NCBI GenBank assembly: GCA_020444425.1
Contig: JAHLLB010000016.1
Location: forward strand, 21,240-85,239
Length of the DNA stretch: 64,000 nt
Direction: 5' to 3'
Source of the DNA: a bacterium
GTDB lineage: Bacteria > Electryoneota > Electryoneia > Electryoneales > Electryoneaceae
A program made the translations under genes and the position numbers. Shown here piece after piece: positions 19,365-29,591 of this stretch; position 1 is the first letter of the stretch, and the number at the start of each line of letters is the position of its first letter. Under the pieces are notes generated by a model. That model was given only the letters and a program-made list of their open reading frames with translations, did no database searches and had not been told where the DNA came from.

Positions 19365-20643
19365 CCGGGCGGGGATTGAACAGCACCTGCGCGCAGTCAT
19401 GCAGGACGTGCCCGAGCTGCGGCCCGTGTTGGTCAAACTCGGTCGAAGGTTGCTGCGGAAACCGGAATTGCGCGGTCAGATGAAGCTGGGGAACGGTCTC
19501 CCCGAACCGCTGAAGACAGCGTTGCTGCGTGTCTTGCCCAATGACGCGATCCTGATCCGGGCGAACGACGATGCGGTCCTGCGTCTTGACCGGATTGTCC
19601 AGGATTCGGGTGAAGTGCTGGCCTGGATCGAAGCGATTTTCGAAGTGACGGGTGTTCGTGAGGAAGCGGAAAACTCGACGGACAATGTCTCGGATGAAGC
19701 GCTGCGCAAGATGCTCGACCGTGGACGATTGCGTTGGCCGGGCCTGAGGCCGGTTTGGGTTGATTGGGGTGGACGTCTTCGCGATCTGCGATCAACGTTT
19801 CGCGGGCAATCAGAGGACAGCATTCAACGGGAATTGTTTGCACTGGCGGAAACGATTACGTGGCTGGATGGCGAGCACGAACCCATCGGTTTGATGGACC
19901 TCAGCGCCCGCTTTTTTCACGACAGCAAACGTCTCAAAACCAAGTCGTCGCTGAAACGATTGCTGCAACGCGGGTTGCTGTTCCTTCGCAAAGGGATGTT
20001 TCCAGAAGACCATGACGGAGATTTGGACGAAGCGCTGGACAGAGTGCTCGGTGACGTTGGCGTCGTTGACAATCTGACGGCGTCGAAGGTGACCGTGTGC
20101 GGACGGTTGGTGTACCACAAGGCGGGGCGGGAGTACGATTGGGTCGCGAGGCTGCATGCGGTTGGTGAATCGGCGACGCTGTCATTGGACAACCTGCGGC
20201 AGATCGAACGGATCGAGCTGCCGACGGATACACCCGTGTTCACCTGCGAAAACGAGACGCCGTTCAACCAGTTGATCCGTGAACGCCATCCCGGACTGAT
20301 TATTTACACGGCGGGGTATCCGAACAGTGCGGTGCGGCAACTGTTGAGCTTGCTGGCGTCAGCGGTTGAGGTTGTCCAGCATTGGGGTGACAGTGATCTG
20401 GATGGCTTACGTATCGCCGCTCAGATTCACCGCATAGTTCCAGTTCAGCTCTGGCGGTGCGATCTCGCGACGCTGCAACGGCACCGTGCCCAGCTGTTGC
20501 GAGTAAACAACCAGCAACGGACACGTGCGGAAGTGTTCCTCGAACAGCATCCGGAGTTTGAGTTCCGCGATGAGTTGCAGTTCAGTCTTGCCCACGGGTG
20601 GTTGGAACAGGAAAGTTGGCGGTCGATTGGGACGGGCGAATAG
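19351..20643 (+). CDS. jetD: Wadjet JetD (DUF2220-type Toprim nuclease)
   Basis: C-terminal Toprim signature: conserved Glu in FTCENETPF and the DxD in HWGDSDLDGLRIA. Start at ATG 19351 just before the jetC stop. Confidence 0.7.
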   Translation: MGMRDRAGIEQHLRAVMQDVPELRPVLVKLGRRLLRKPELRGQMKLGNGLPEPLKTALLRVLPNDAILIRANDDAVLRLDRIVQDSGEVLAWIEAIFEVTGVREEAENSTDNVSDEALRKMLDRGRLRWPGLRPVWVDWGGRLRDLRSTFRGQSEDSIQRELFALAETITWLDGEHEPIGLMDLSARFFHDSKRLKTKSSLKRLLQRGLLFLRKGMFPEDHDGDLDEALDRVLGDVGVVDNLTASKVTVCGRLVYHKAGREYDWVARLHAVGESATLSLDNLRQIERIELPTDTPVFTCENETPFNQLIRERHPGLIIYTAGYPNSAVRQLLSLLASAVEVVQHWGDSDLDGLRIAAQIHRIVPVQLWRCDLATLQRHRAQLLRVNNQQRTRAEVFLEQHPEFEFRDELQFSLAHGWLEQESWRSIGTGE

Positions 20644-20746
20644 TCAACTATTGCGTGGCGCTGGGGGGGGAAGCGGCTATCGGATCATGATAAGACGCTT
20701 TTCCGGCTAGGCGGAGAGGTGGACCAGGAAGACAGTCATGCTGCGC

Positions 20747-21193
20747 TTACATCCAGCGGCGTGCGCGGTCCAACAGTTTCGGCAACGCGTCGCGCACATC
20801 GGTGCTGATCCCTTGCTGAAGGTCGAAATCGCGACCGGTCACTGTCAGAATCCATGTTGAAGGATGGCTGCCGTAGATATCGCGTGCGAGAGCCAGCAGT
20901 GTGGCGGGAGTAAGGTTGTGCCCGATCTCGAGCGGGCTAGACGATGGAGGGGGCGGAGTTATCCTTTGCAGAGAGATGGTTCCCGGCTCACCCTTGGCGG
21001 CTGCGTCGATGAACAGCGCCCGGTCACTCTCCGCCAAGTCGGCTGCGAGTTCCGGGGTTAGTTGATGCCGGGCGACAACACGAACCCGTGCTTGACCTTC
21101 AAGCTCACGTTGCAGGGTTTCCGCCGCTATCACTCCGGCGGCGTCGTCCCGGCGCAACGTGTTTCCGTAGCCGATGATCAGCGTGCGCGGCAT
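20747..21193 (-). CDS. hoxW: hydrogenase maturation endopeptidase (HoxW/HyaD family)
   Basis: MPRTLIIGYGNTLRRDDAAGV is the family's N-terminal motif. Lies downstream of hoxH. Confidence 0.75.
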   Translation of the reverse strand: MPRTLIIGYGNTLRRDDAAGVIAAETLQRELEGQARVRVVARHQLTPELAADLAESDRALFIDAAAKGEPGTISLQRITPPPPSSSPLEIGHNLTPATLLALARDIYGSHPSTWILTVTGRDFDLQQGISTDVRDALPKLLDRARRWM

Positions 21194-21338
21194 GAGCGTC
21201 TCAACGTGGAGCGTGAGCGTACACCTGCTGGTACCATCCGTCCACCTTTCACCGTGACGAAACAGACATATCTTTCTCCGGACAGGAGCGTGTCCGTCGA
21301 TCAGGCGCAGGCGTCCATCACCTGCAGTTTCCCCCCGC

Positions 21339-22805
21339 TCACGAGTTGGTGCTGTCTCGCTTGAGAGTTCGCACCAGCTGCCCTTCGGAATCGACCAGCT
21401 CGACGATCATCGGCATCTGGCCGGCGGCGTGGCTGGAGCACGACAGGCAGGGGTCGAAGGCTCGGATCACGGCTTCCACCCGATTCAGCATGCCTTCGCG
21501 GATGTTGTCGCCGTCAATGAAGGTTTTCGCCGCCTGTGTGATGCCCCGGTTCATTGCCAGGTTGTTGTGGCCGGTGGCGATGATCAGGTTCGACCAGGTG
21601 ACTTTGCCCTCCTGATCGATCTTGTAGTGATGGACCAATGTGCCACGTGGTGCTTCGGTGACGCCGATCCCATCGAAGCTGTTGGGCTCTGCGTGGGCGC
21701 GCACATGCGTGTCCATCACCGCCGGGTCGTCGAGGATCGATTCGATGCGTTCGATGCAGAAGAGAATCTCGATCAACCGCGCCCAGTGGTAGTGGAAGCT
21801 GGAAAGTACGGGTGCGTCATCGCGCCGCTTGCCGAACATCTTCAGTTCATCGCCCCCCTTGAACTGAAGCAATTCCTTGTCTGCGAGTTCGGTTCCGCAT
21901 TGATCGATCAGATTCAGTCGCGCCAGCGGCCCCACCCGGTACATTCCCTTCGGATACCCCATCGGTTTGTAGTAGGGGAATTTCACGAAGCTCCACGGTT
22001 CAACCGCCTCGCCGATCAGCGAAGCGTAATCCAGGGTATCGTGCTGATCGATGATGTTGTTGCCCGCGGAGTCAATCACACGAAGACGGCCATCGTAATG
22101 TTCGAGGTTGCCGTGACGATCGACGAGGCCCATAAACAGGCTGGGGAAATTGCCGAAGGTGCCGATTTCCGGTTCAAAATTGACCAGCGCTTCCTTGTAC
22201 TGGTCCAGGGTCCGGAGGATGATCTCCTTCGCTTCCGGCAGCTTGGCGAGGATCTCACGCCGTTTTTCATCGCTGAGCGGGGCGTTGACACCTCCGGGTA
22301 CCACCCAGGCCGGGTGGATTCGTTTGCTCCCGAGCAGCTCGATAATCTGCTGGCCAATCTGACGGAGGGTGATCCCATCCCGTGCCATTTGCGGGTGTTC
22401 GGCGTGCAGGCCGAAGAGGTTGCGCTTGGCGGGATCGGCATCCATACCGAACACCAGATCGGGACTGGAGAGGTAGAAATACGACAACGCATGGGATTGC
22501 ATGATCTGGGCGAGGTTCATCATTCGCCGCAGCAGGATGGCCGCGCGGGGAATCTGCACGCTGAACAGGTCGTCGCAGGCCTTGGCGGCGGCAACAAGAT
22601 GGCTTACCGGGCAAATCCCGCAGATGCGGGCCATCAGCGACGGCAGCTCGTAGAACGGTCGCCCCTCGATCAGTGTCTCGAATCCGCGCAGTTGGGTCAC
22701 ATGCATCCGGGCTTCCTCGACGAGACCATGTTCGTCGAGGTGGATGCTGATCTTCGCGTGTCCCTCAATGCGCGTGATGGGGTTAATCTGTATGGTCCTG
22801 GCCAT
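21339..22805 (-). CDS. hoxH: [NiFe] hydrogenase large subunit, NAD-reducing bidirectional type
   Basis: N-terminal Ni-binding RICGICPVSH. C-terminal DPCLSCSSHA with the cleavage-site His. Confidence 0.9.
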   Translation of the reverse strand: MARTIQINPITRIEGHAKISIHLDEHGLVEEARMHVTQLRGFETLIEGRPFYELPSLMARICGICPVSHLVAAAKACDDLFSVQIPRAAILLRRMMNLAQIMQSHALSYFYLSSPDLVFGMDADPAKRNLFGLHAEHPQMARDGITLRQIGQQIIELLGSKRIHPAWVVPGGVNAPLSDEKRREILAKLPEAKEIILRTLDQYKEALVNFEPEIGTFGNFPSLFMGLVDRHGNLEHYDGRLRVIDSAGNNIIDQHDTLDYASLIGEAVEPWSFVKFPYYKPMGYPKGMYRVGPLARLNLIDQCGTELADKELLQFKGGDELKMFGKRRDDAPVLSSFHYHWARLIEILFCIERIESILDDPAVMDTHVRAHAEPNSFDGIGVTEAPRGTLVHHYKIDQEGKVTWSNLIIATGHNNLAMNRGITQAAKTFIDGDNIREGMLNRVEAVIRAFDPCLSCSSHAAGQMPMIVELVDSEGQLVRTLKRDSTNS

Positions 22806-22814
22806 GGAGCTCGC

Positions 22815-23363
22815 TCACTTTCCGAAACGGGTATAGCTGGAAACATCGGGGGATTTGCCGTCCAATACATCGCTCAGGATAGCGAAGATGGTGTCTGCCG
22901 AGGGCGGGCAGCCGGGGATGTGAACATCCACGGGCACCACTTCGTGCACCGGCAGAACGGTTTGCAGCAACGCGGGCACGTTGTCATCGGGGATCTGGCC
23001 GGCGTTGACCTGGGCGTTCTCCTCGAAGGCGCGGCGGAGGATTTTTTCCACGGGGAACCGGTTGCGCATGCTGGGGATGTTGCCATGCACGGCACAATCG
23101 CCCAGGGCGATCAGTGTCGAGGTATGCTTGCGCACCTTGAGGATCTTTTTCAAATCATCCAGATTTGAAACCGATCCCTCGATCAGGCAGACGTCTACGT
23201 GATCTGGATAGTCCTTGTGATCTACCAGCGGACTGTGGACAAGGTCGATACGCTCGGCCAGGTCCAGCAGACGGTGGTCGATGTCCAGAAACGACATGTG
23301 GCAACCGGAGCAGCCGTCCAGCCAGATGGTGGCGAAGGAGACTTTCGCGGGGGCGGTGGTCAT
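22815..23363 (-). CDS. hoxY: [NiFe] hydrogenase small subunit (Nuo 20-kDa-like)
   Basis: Cys ligands CSGCHMS, GDCAVHG and GCPP, typical of HoxY/NuoB-like small subunits. Confidence 0.85.
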   Translation of the reverse strand: MTTAPAKVSFATIWLDGCSGCHMSFLDIDHRLLDLAERIDLVHSPLVDHKDYPDHVDVCLIEGSVSNLDDLKKILKVRKHTSTLIALGDCAVHGNIPSMRNRFPVEKILRRAFEENAQVNAGQIPDDNVPALLQTVLPVHEVVPVDVHIPGCPPSADTIFAILSDVLDGKSPDVSSYTRFGK

Positions 23364-24082
23364 CGGTCCTCCTCGCGCATGATGGTCAAATACGGCAGGA
23401 ACTGGCGGCGCTTGAGCATTTCAGCGACACTCATGCCTCGTTCAATCAGGGCGCCGGTGGGACAGACGTGGACGCATTTCCCGCACCGGGTGCAGGTTTC
23501 CGAATCGCCCCATGGCTGATCGAGATCGGTGATCACACGGGAGGACACTCCGCGTCCCATGATGTCCCATGTGTGAGCACTCTCGATCTCACCACAGACC
23601 CGCACGCAACGTCCGCAAAGCACACAGCGGTTGTCATCCTGGATGAAGCGGTCATGGCTTGCATCGACACTGAGTTTCTGTTCCAGGCGCGGATAGCGGA
23701 TATGAGTGATGCCCAGCTGTTCAGCGAGCATCTGCAGCTCGCAGTGACCGTTGGAAACGCAGACTGCACAGATATGTTCCCGCTCGCTGAACATCAGCTC
23801 CACGACCATCCGGCGGTATTTGCGCAGACGCTCGGAGTCGGTACGGACAACCATGCCTTCGCGCACTTGTGTTACGCAGGCGGCATGCAGCTTCGACGAA
23901 CCTTCGATCTCCACCATGCACATGCGGCAGGCGCCGACGGGAGTCAGGCCCTCCAGGTAGCAGAGTGTGGGGATTTCAATACCATTGTCCCGAGCGACTT
24001 GCAGGATGGTCTCGTTGGATCGGCCGGAGAGGTCGCGGCCGTTGATCTTGAACGTCTTGATGCTGGCGTTGGACGGTCTCAT
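23360..24082 (-). CDS. hoxU: diaphorase subunit HoxU (2Fe-2S/4Fe-4S, NuoG N-terminal-like)
   Basis: N-terminal 2Fe-2S ferredoxin fold (KINGRDL...[21 protein letters not shown]) followed by multiple CxxCxxC clusters. Confidence 0.85.
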   Translation of the reverse strand: MRPSNASIKTFKINGRDLSGRSNETILQVARDNGIEIPTLCYLEGLTPVGACRMCMVEIEGSSKLHAACVTQVREGMVVRTDSERLRKYRRMVVELMFSEREHICAVCVSNGHCELQMLAEQLGITHIRYPRLEQKLSVDASHDRFIQDDNRCVLCGRCVRVCGEIESAHTWDIMGRGVSSRVITDLDQPWGDSETCTRCGKCVHVCPTGALIERGMSVAEMLKRRQFLPYLTIMREEDR

Positions 24083-25770
24083 CGTACGGCCTCCTCGTCC
24101 ATGCCGGCCGCGGGGCCGTCGGTTTTCTCCGGATTGTCGCTCAGTTCGGCCAGCAGCAGTTCGCCGCCGGGTCTGTCGACGATCAAGCGTTCATATTCTT
24201 CGCGAAAATACTTTAATGTGCTCACCACCGGGTTGGGTGCTGACTGCCCCAGGCCACACAGTGACATGGTCTGCAGCAGATCACAGAGTTCTTCGATACG
24301 GTCGATGTCCTCGGCGACGCCGCGTCCGTGAAGCAGTTTCTCCAGCAGGTTGTAGAGGTGGATGGTACCGACGCGGCAGGGCACGCATTTTCCGCAGGAC
24401 TCGCTCTTTGAGAACTCCATGAAATAGCGGGCGATGTCGACCATGTCTGCGCTGTCGTCGATCACGATCATACCGCCCGATCCCATGATCGACCCCAGTT
24501 TTGCCAGGGAAGCGTAGTCTACCGGGCTGTCCAGGTGTTCCACGGGGATGCAACCGCCGGATGGACCACCGGTCTGCACGGCCTTCAATGATCGGTTGTT
24601 CGGTACGCCTCCCCCCACCTCCTCGATGATCTGCCGTAGCGTAGTACCCATCGGCACTTCGATCAGACCGGTGTTGACCACCTGTCCAGCCAGGGCGAAG
24701 ACCTTGGTTCCGCGGCTGTCCTCTGTTCCGATGGCGGCAAACCACTCGGCGCCGTTCCGGATGATCGCCGGGATATTGGCGAACGTTTCGACGTTGTTGA
24801 TCAGCGTCGGTTTGTTCCACAGGCCGGATTCGGCGGGGTACGGTGGACGCGGTCGCGGAACGCCCCGCCCCCCCTCGAGACTGGCCAGCAGCGCCGTCTC
24901 CTCGCCACAGACAAAGGCCCCGGCTCCGTAGCGGATCTCCAGGTGGAAATCGTAATCGGAACCGAGCATGCGCTTGCCGAGGATACCAGCCCGTTCGGCC
25001 TGCTTGATGGCTTTCTCAAGGCGCTCGATGGCGAGCGGGTATTCGGCACGGACATACAGGTAGCCTTCATCGGCACCCACGGCGAGGGCTGCGATGGCCA
25101 TCCCTTCGAGAACGCGGTGAGGGTCGGACTCCAGCACGCTGCGGTCCATGAACGCCCCGGGATCTCCCTCATCTGCGTTGCAGACGATGTATTTCTTCGT
25201 CCCGCTGGCCTTGGCCACTGTTGACCATTTCAACCCGGTGGGATAGCCCGCCCCGCCTCGACCGCGTAACCCGGAGCGAGTGATCTCCTCGATCACCTCG
25301 TTGGCTATCATCTCGGACAACACTTTGGCCAGACCGTGGTAACCGTCCGCAGCCACGTAATCCGCCAGCTTTTCAGGATCGATCTTCCCGCTGTTTTCCA
25401 GCACGATCTTGCGCTGGCGGGTGAAGAACGGCGAGTCGATGGAAACGTTGAGCCGCGCGACAGGCTCGCCGCCCAGCGCATCAATGATTTCACCGGCGTC
25501 ATCTGGTGAAACGTTGTGGTACATCACTTTCTGGTCGGGCAGGGTCACCACCGGCCCGCCGGCGCAGGGGCCCATGCAGCCCACACCCTTCAGCAGGACG
25601 GATTTGTGCAGGTTGCGCTCGCGTAGCCCGTCTTTGATTGCCTGCAAGACCTCGGTGCTGCCAGAGGAGACACAGCTGGCAGCGACACAAACGTGAACCG
25701 TGTGCTCCGCGTTCTCCTGCATCTCCCGGCTGGTACGCGCCAGGTTGTCCAGTTCGTCGAACAGGATCAT
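24079..25770 (-). CDS. hoxF: diaphorase subunit HoxF (NuoF-like NAD(H)/FMN-binding, with NuoE-like N-terminal domain)
   Basis: [13 protein letters not shown] is the NuoF NADH-binding motif. C-terminal 4Fe-4S cysteines [10 protein letters not shown]. Confidence 0.9.
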   Translation of the reverse strand: MILFDELDNLARTSREMQENAEHTVHVCVAASCVSSGSTEVLQAIKDGLRERNLHKSVLLKGVGCMGPCAGGPVVTLPDQKVMYHNVSPDDAGEIIDALGGEPVARLNVSIDSPFFTRQRKIVLENSGKIDPEKLADYVAADGYHGLAKVLSEMIANEVIEEITRSGLRGRGGAGYPTGLKWSTVAKASGTKKYIVCNADEGDPGAFMDRSVLESDPHRVLEGMAIAALAVGADEGYLYVRAEYPLAIERLEKAIKQAERAGILGKRMLGSDYDFHLEIRYGAGAFVCGEETALLASLEGGRGVPRPRPPYPAESGLWNKPTLINNVETFANIPAIIRNGAEWFAAIGTEDSRGTKVFALAGQVVNTGLIEVPMGTTLRQIIEEVGGGVPNNRSLKAVQTGGPSGGCIPVEHLDSPVDYASLAKLGSIMGSGGMIVIDDSADMVDIARYFMEFSKSESCGKCVPCRVGTIHLYNLLEKLLHGRGVAEDIDRIEELCDLLQTMSLCGLGQSAPNPVVSTLKYFREEYERLIVDRPGGELLLAELSDNPEKTDGPAAGMDEEAVR

Positions 25771-26345
25771 GCTTCCACCTCCTCCTCATCACGGGACGCG
25801 TCCGCTGTTTCCGCGATGTCCGAGTTGAGGATCTTTTCCAGCGTTTCGTGCATCGACTCCGCTGTCAGCTTCCCGTAAGTCTCACCGTCGATCACAGCCA
25901 CAGGAGCCAGACCGCAGGCTCCCACGCAACGCGCCGAAACCAGGCTCAGCTTCTTGTCCGCGGTGGTTTCACCGAGGCCGACACCATACTCGCGTTTCAG
26001 CATGTCCAACAGTTCGGGCACGCCCTTGATGTAGCATGCCGTGCCGGTGCAGATCACGCAACTGTGCTCACCGGCGGGTTCAAGCACGAAGTAGTGGTAA
26101 AAGGTGGCGACGGCATACACCTTACTCATGGGCAGGCGAAGCGAGGCTGCGACGAACGCCAACGCGTCCTTGCCCAGGTAGCCGAATGCCCCCTGCACCG
26201 AATGCAGGATCTGGATCAGCGCGTCATGACGGTAGCCGTGCTTGCGCATCTCCTTCTGGATGGCCTTCCAGCGTTTATCGTCGCTGGGAAGCTCAGGCTT
26301 GGCAAAATCGATCACCGTGATCTCCTCGCGGGCAGGTTGGTGCAC
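25767..26345 (-). CDS. hoxE: diaphorase subunit HoxE (NuoE-like 2Fe-2S)
   Basis: CVICTGTACY...CVGACGLAPV is the NuoE-type 2Fe-2S motif. First gene of the operon. Confidence 0.85.
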   Translation of the reverse strand: MHQPAREEITVIDFAKPELPSDDKRWKAIQKEMRKHGYRHDALIQILHSVQGAFGYLGKDALAFVAASLRLPMSKVYAVATFYHYFVLEPAGEHSCVICTGTACYIKGVPELLDMLKREYGVGLGETTADKKLSLVSARCVGACGLAPVAVIDGETYGKLTAESMHETLEKILNSDIAETADASRDEEEVEA

Positions 26346-26619
26346 GTTCAGGATTCTGATGTTTTCCGGGCGCTAACCGCCACCCCTACTTTGTGCATGA
26401 ATTCACAAAAAGATACTACTTATTACACCGCTTTTCCATTCTACTCGAGCTGGCTGGAGGAAGAAGACTGCGGTCAAGCCAGGCGAGAACGGAACGTCAT
26501 CAGAGCAATTGGTTTCAATACGGTCCCCATCGGGGTTCTGGACCCTCTGAACATGACAACAGCCCGGCTCAGTGAGTCGGGCTATTCTCGTCGTAACCAG
26601 CTTGTATAACTGGTATTAC

Positions 26620-26647
26620 AGCGGAGAGGGTGGGATTCGAACCCACC
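26620..26647 (-). repeat. left copy of a perfect 28-bp direct repeat resembling a tRNA 3' end (acceptor plus T-arm on the minus strand); putative island att site
   Basis: CAGCGGAGAGGGTGGGATTCGAACCCAC is identical to 38080-38107. GGGTTCGAATCCCAC in minus-strand sense is a canonical T-arm. No complete cloverleaf is present. Confidence 0.6.
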
Positions 26648-27179
26648 TAACTTTGACATCTATGATCTAACTCGTGAAATAGTCGATATTCGTTGAAATA
26701 ATATTGAGTTACAGGCGAAAAGCTATTCTATCAATTTCCGTCAGAATCCTCCGAAACAGAATCATTTACGTTTTATTGGGCACAATCCAGGCATTTTTTC
26801 TGTAGTCGTTCTGCTATGTAGACGATCAAGAGGGGGATAGAGTTCTCCCTCCCGTTCGTCCGTTGCCGTTGTTCTGCTATTCGTGCTTGAGGCACAAGTT
26901 CATTTTTCGAGGGGCACATGGGGCAGTTTGACCGGCACTTTCCATAAAATTCCTTTTGAATCCCTACGTATGCGAAGTTACAGAAAAAGGCGCCTGATCC
27001 GGTCAAGCGCCCCAACACAACAACAAACAAAAACAATAATTTAGAATGGCAGGTTGCCCTCCCGATCCTGTCCGGCGGATTGATCAGCACCAACGCCACG
27101 ATCCGGTAACAGGCTGATCCCTTTCCAGCCCCGCGTCTTGGTACCCAACGGCTGGCGCTGCCCGGGTTCACACCCTAAT

Positions 27180-27485
27180 TCACGCAAACTGCACGCGAGC
27201 TTTTATCTGACAGGTATGCGCCGCCGTTTTTTCGCGCCATTCCCCGTAGGCAGACCGCAGATTTGATGTTGGTTCCCAGAAACCCGAGTCATCAGGATCA
27301 AGCTGACAGAAATCATTGATGAATTCGGTCAGGTATTCTCGCCACACACCCTTCCCCGCCACTCGAATGACCATAGCTATTAGCTGGACGAAGAGCTGGT
27401 CTGGCGCCATTCCATCGCGATGATCGAAGTGCAGCTTCGTGAATTCACAATCGTTTTCAGACACTACTCTGGAGACAAAACTCAT
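27180..27485 (-). CDS. hypothetical protein (101 aa), divergent from the TetR gene
   Basis: ORF only; no recognisable motif. Its position makes it the likely regulated target of the adjacent TetR. Confidence 0.35.
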   Translation of the reverse strand: MSFVSRVVSENDCEFTKLHFDHRDGMAPDQLFVQLIAMVIRVAGKGVWREYLTEFINDFCQLDPDDSGFWEPTSNLRSAYGEWREKTAAHTCQIKARVQFA

Positions 27486-27527
27486 GATATAATTAGCATT
27501 TACGAAACAGGCGAGTTATACTGTCAC

Positions 27528-27540
27528 TTGACTAAGTCAA
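27528..27540. promoter_or_regulatory. perfect 13-bp palindrome TTGACTAAGTCAA, candidate TetR operator
   Basis: Sits in the 138-bp divergent intergenic region between the 101-aa ORF and the TetR gene. Confidence 0.4.
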
Positions 27541-27623
27541 ACGAATTAGTTGTTAGACTAAATCAAACGACTAATTAACGAAAAACACCAAGTCAGCAAC
27601 CATGAACATGGAGGTGAACAACC

Positions 27624-28442
27624 ATGGCTTCATCCGCGGAAAAGTCGATTTCGAATGATGGCTACGTGCCAGCTAAAGGAACTGACGGGCATGGAATACC
27701 ATTACTGCGATCTGATCAGGTGCCGACGCCCCCAGATCCCGCGACTCCCCCCGGAAGAATTTTCATTGAGGCGACACGGTTGTTCGCGAAGCACGGGTAC
27801 AAAGGGGCGAGCACAAGGGCGATTGCTAAGGCGGCTGGTGTAAAGCAGGTGATGATCCATTACTACTTCGGCTCAAAAGAACAGCTGTACGAAACGGTAT
27901 TGAAACACGAAGGCATGACCATGCTGGCGGTCATCTTCGGGGAGAACCCTGAAAAAAAGTCGCCTGAAGAAATGTTGGTCGACTCTCCGCTCCGTCTGAT
28001 GACGGTGCTACACGACAATCCGCAATGGGCCTCTCTGTTGAGACGTGAGATTGCGGAAGGTGCTGAACATCTGAGGAATGCATTGCGAGATGTTGCAGAA
28101 CATGGTCCGCTTGGCGCCAATCTCCATTTTCACAATGCCTATCAGTTGGCCGTCAAAGAGGGAAAGGCTGTGGAACTGCCGATTGAAGCGGTACGGGAGT
28201 GTTTATTGGCTATCGGATACAGTGCGATTTACCTGGCACCCCTAGTTTCGATGATCAACGAACGCGATATCCATGACGAAACCGTGTGGGAAGAGTGGAA
28301 ACTGACCCTGGGTACGATTCTGAGACGTGGACTGCTGATTTCTTCCTCACCATCGCAAGAGGAGGGGGATAAACTCGATTCGCGAATAGACGGTGTAATT
28401 CGTACTGAAACTACAGGTGTCGACGGCAGGCTGAATACATGA
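27624..28442 (+). CDS. TetR/AcrR-family transcriptional regulator
   Basis: Canonical TetR HTH (ATRLFAKHGYKGASTRAIAKAAGVKQVMIHYYFGSKEQLYE). GGAGGTG RBS 7 bp upstream of the ATG. Confidence 0.85.
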   Translation: MASSAEKSISNDGYVPAKGTDGHGIPLLRSDQVPTPPDPATPPGRIFIEATRLFAKHGYKGASTRAIAKAAGVKQVMIHYYFGSKEQLYETVLKHEGMTMLAVIFGENPEKKSPEEMLVDSPLRLMTVLHDNPQWASLLRREIAEGAEHLRNALRDVAEHGPLGANLHFHNAYQLAVKEGKAVELPIEAVRECLLAIGYSAIYLAPLVSMINERDIHDETVWEEWKLTLGTILRRGLLISSSPSQEEGDKLDSRIDGVIRTETTGVDGRLNT

Positions 28443-28650
28443 CATTTGACATAGAGTGAGATAGATGTGATAAACGGATTCAATCTGATTCCAGGAACAA
28501 GGAGATAGCAGCATGATCGATAAATTTGGTTTGTATCCGCTTCTGTCGGGTGCCGTTGCGTTGCTGGGACTGTTTCTGTTCGGAACGTGGCTTCTTATGC
28601 GTCGTACTGTACTTCATCATGAATAGGCCGTAGAAGCAGAAGGAGGTTGT

Positions 28651-29340
28651 ATGAAAGCGCTAGTGTATCGTGGAAAGGGTACATACGCCTGGGAAGATAA
28701 ACCAAATCCCACTTTGATAACCGATACGGATGCGGTTGTCGCCGTAAAACTGGCAAAGATATTCAGAACAAACCCGTCCATCTGGGTCGGCGAACACGGT
28801 CATGTTAGCGACGGTATAATTTTAGGAAATGAGGGAGTGGGTGTGGTGCTGGAAATCGGATCCAATGTTGAAGGCTTCCAGGCTGGCGATGCCGTATACA
28901 TCTCAGGCACCATCGGATGCGGGGATTGTGGAGCATGCCGAAGCAAGATCTATTCGCGTTGCACTGACGGAGAATGGGTTTTCGGAAGCCTGATTGATGG
29001 AACACAAGCTGAGTATGTGCGGGTTCCCCAAGCCGACCTGTGCCTGCACCACATCCCGAAAAAGGCCGATGAGGTTGCCACGGTCATGCGTTCGCAAGTA
29101 TTGCCTGCATGGCTGCGACACGGGTTTTTTGATATCAACGACAAACTCGGAGATGCAATTGTTATCACGAATTGCACACCAAAGGAGCTTGTAGTCGAGA
29201 ATTGCAAAATCAAAGAACATGTTGGGGGATATTATCACCTGTGGGAAGGTGAAAAACATATATACTATGGGAAAACCTATGATAATGACACTACCAACCA
29301 TATAACGATAAATACATTCCAAAATATAATTGCAGCATAG
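28651..29340 (+). CDS. zinc-binding alcohol dehydrogenase N-terminal (GroES-like) domain protein, apparently truncated
   Basis: MKALVYRGKGTY... with structural-zinc cysteines GCGDCGACRSKIYSRC. It lacks the Rossmann GxGxxG half, and its 3' end is AT-rich and degenerate. Confidence 0.45.
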   Translation: MKALVYRGKGTYAWEDKPNPTLITDTDAVVAVKLAKIFRTNPSIWVGEHGHVSDGIILGNEGVGVVLEIGSNVEGFQAGDAVYISGTIGCGDCGACRSKIYSRCTDGEWVFGSLIDGTQAEYVRVPQADLCLHHIPKKADEVATVMRSQVLPAWLRHGFFDINDKLGDAIVITNCTPKELVVENCKIKEHVGGYYHLWEGEKHIYYGKTYDNDTTNHITINTFQNIIAA

Positions 29341-29591
29341 GAAATATAATATCTGCTAATATATATACACTGTTGGTAATAAAACGATTAAAAGAGTGTT
29401 TAGAAAGTGATTACGTGAAAAGAAAAGCGCATATACCATGCACCGTAGCCTCTTTATAGATTGAGAAGGCGCTACATTCCTTGCAATCAATCTATATTCT
29501 CGCCAGCATTCTTTGTTGACGATGAAAAGAAGTACTGGAAGTGTGCATTGCCAACATACGCAACAGCACGCTTAACGTATTGGAGATTACG

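Noticed and set aside
21429-23168. 579-aa plus-strand ORF across hoxH/hoxY
   Set aside because: Antisense to two genes with unmistakable hydrogenase motifs. Composition-driven artefact.
23165-26609. Plus-strand ORFs of 388 and 323 aa over hoxU/hoxF/hoxE
   Set aside because: Antisense to motif-rich diaphorase genes. No start context and no domains.
26620-26700. Possible intact tRNA gene on the minus strand at the two GGGTTCGAATCCCAC sites (26620 and 38080)
   Set aside because: Reverse-complementing about 90 nt at each site gives a good T-arm and acceptor 3' strand (CCTCTCCG), but no matching 5' acceptor strand (GGAGAGG) and no D- or anticodon arm. I therefore scored them as 28-bp att-type direct repeats, not tRNA genes.
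26773-27171. 132-aa minus-strand ORF in the AT-rich gap between the hox promoter and the TetR locus. The same stretch has a possible structured RNA (around 27050-27180, GC-rich segment with partial self-complementarity)
   Set aside because: The ORF has no RBS or homology and lies in a region with mixed composition. I could not trace a convincing conserved secondary structure by eye, so no ncRNA call is made. An Rfam/Infernal scan would settle it.
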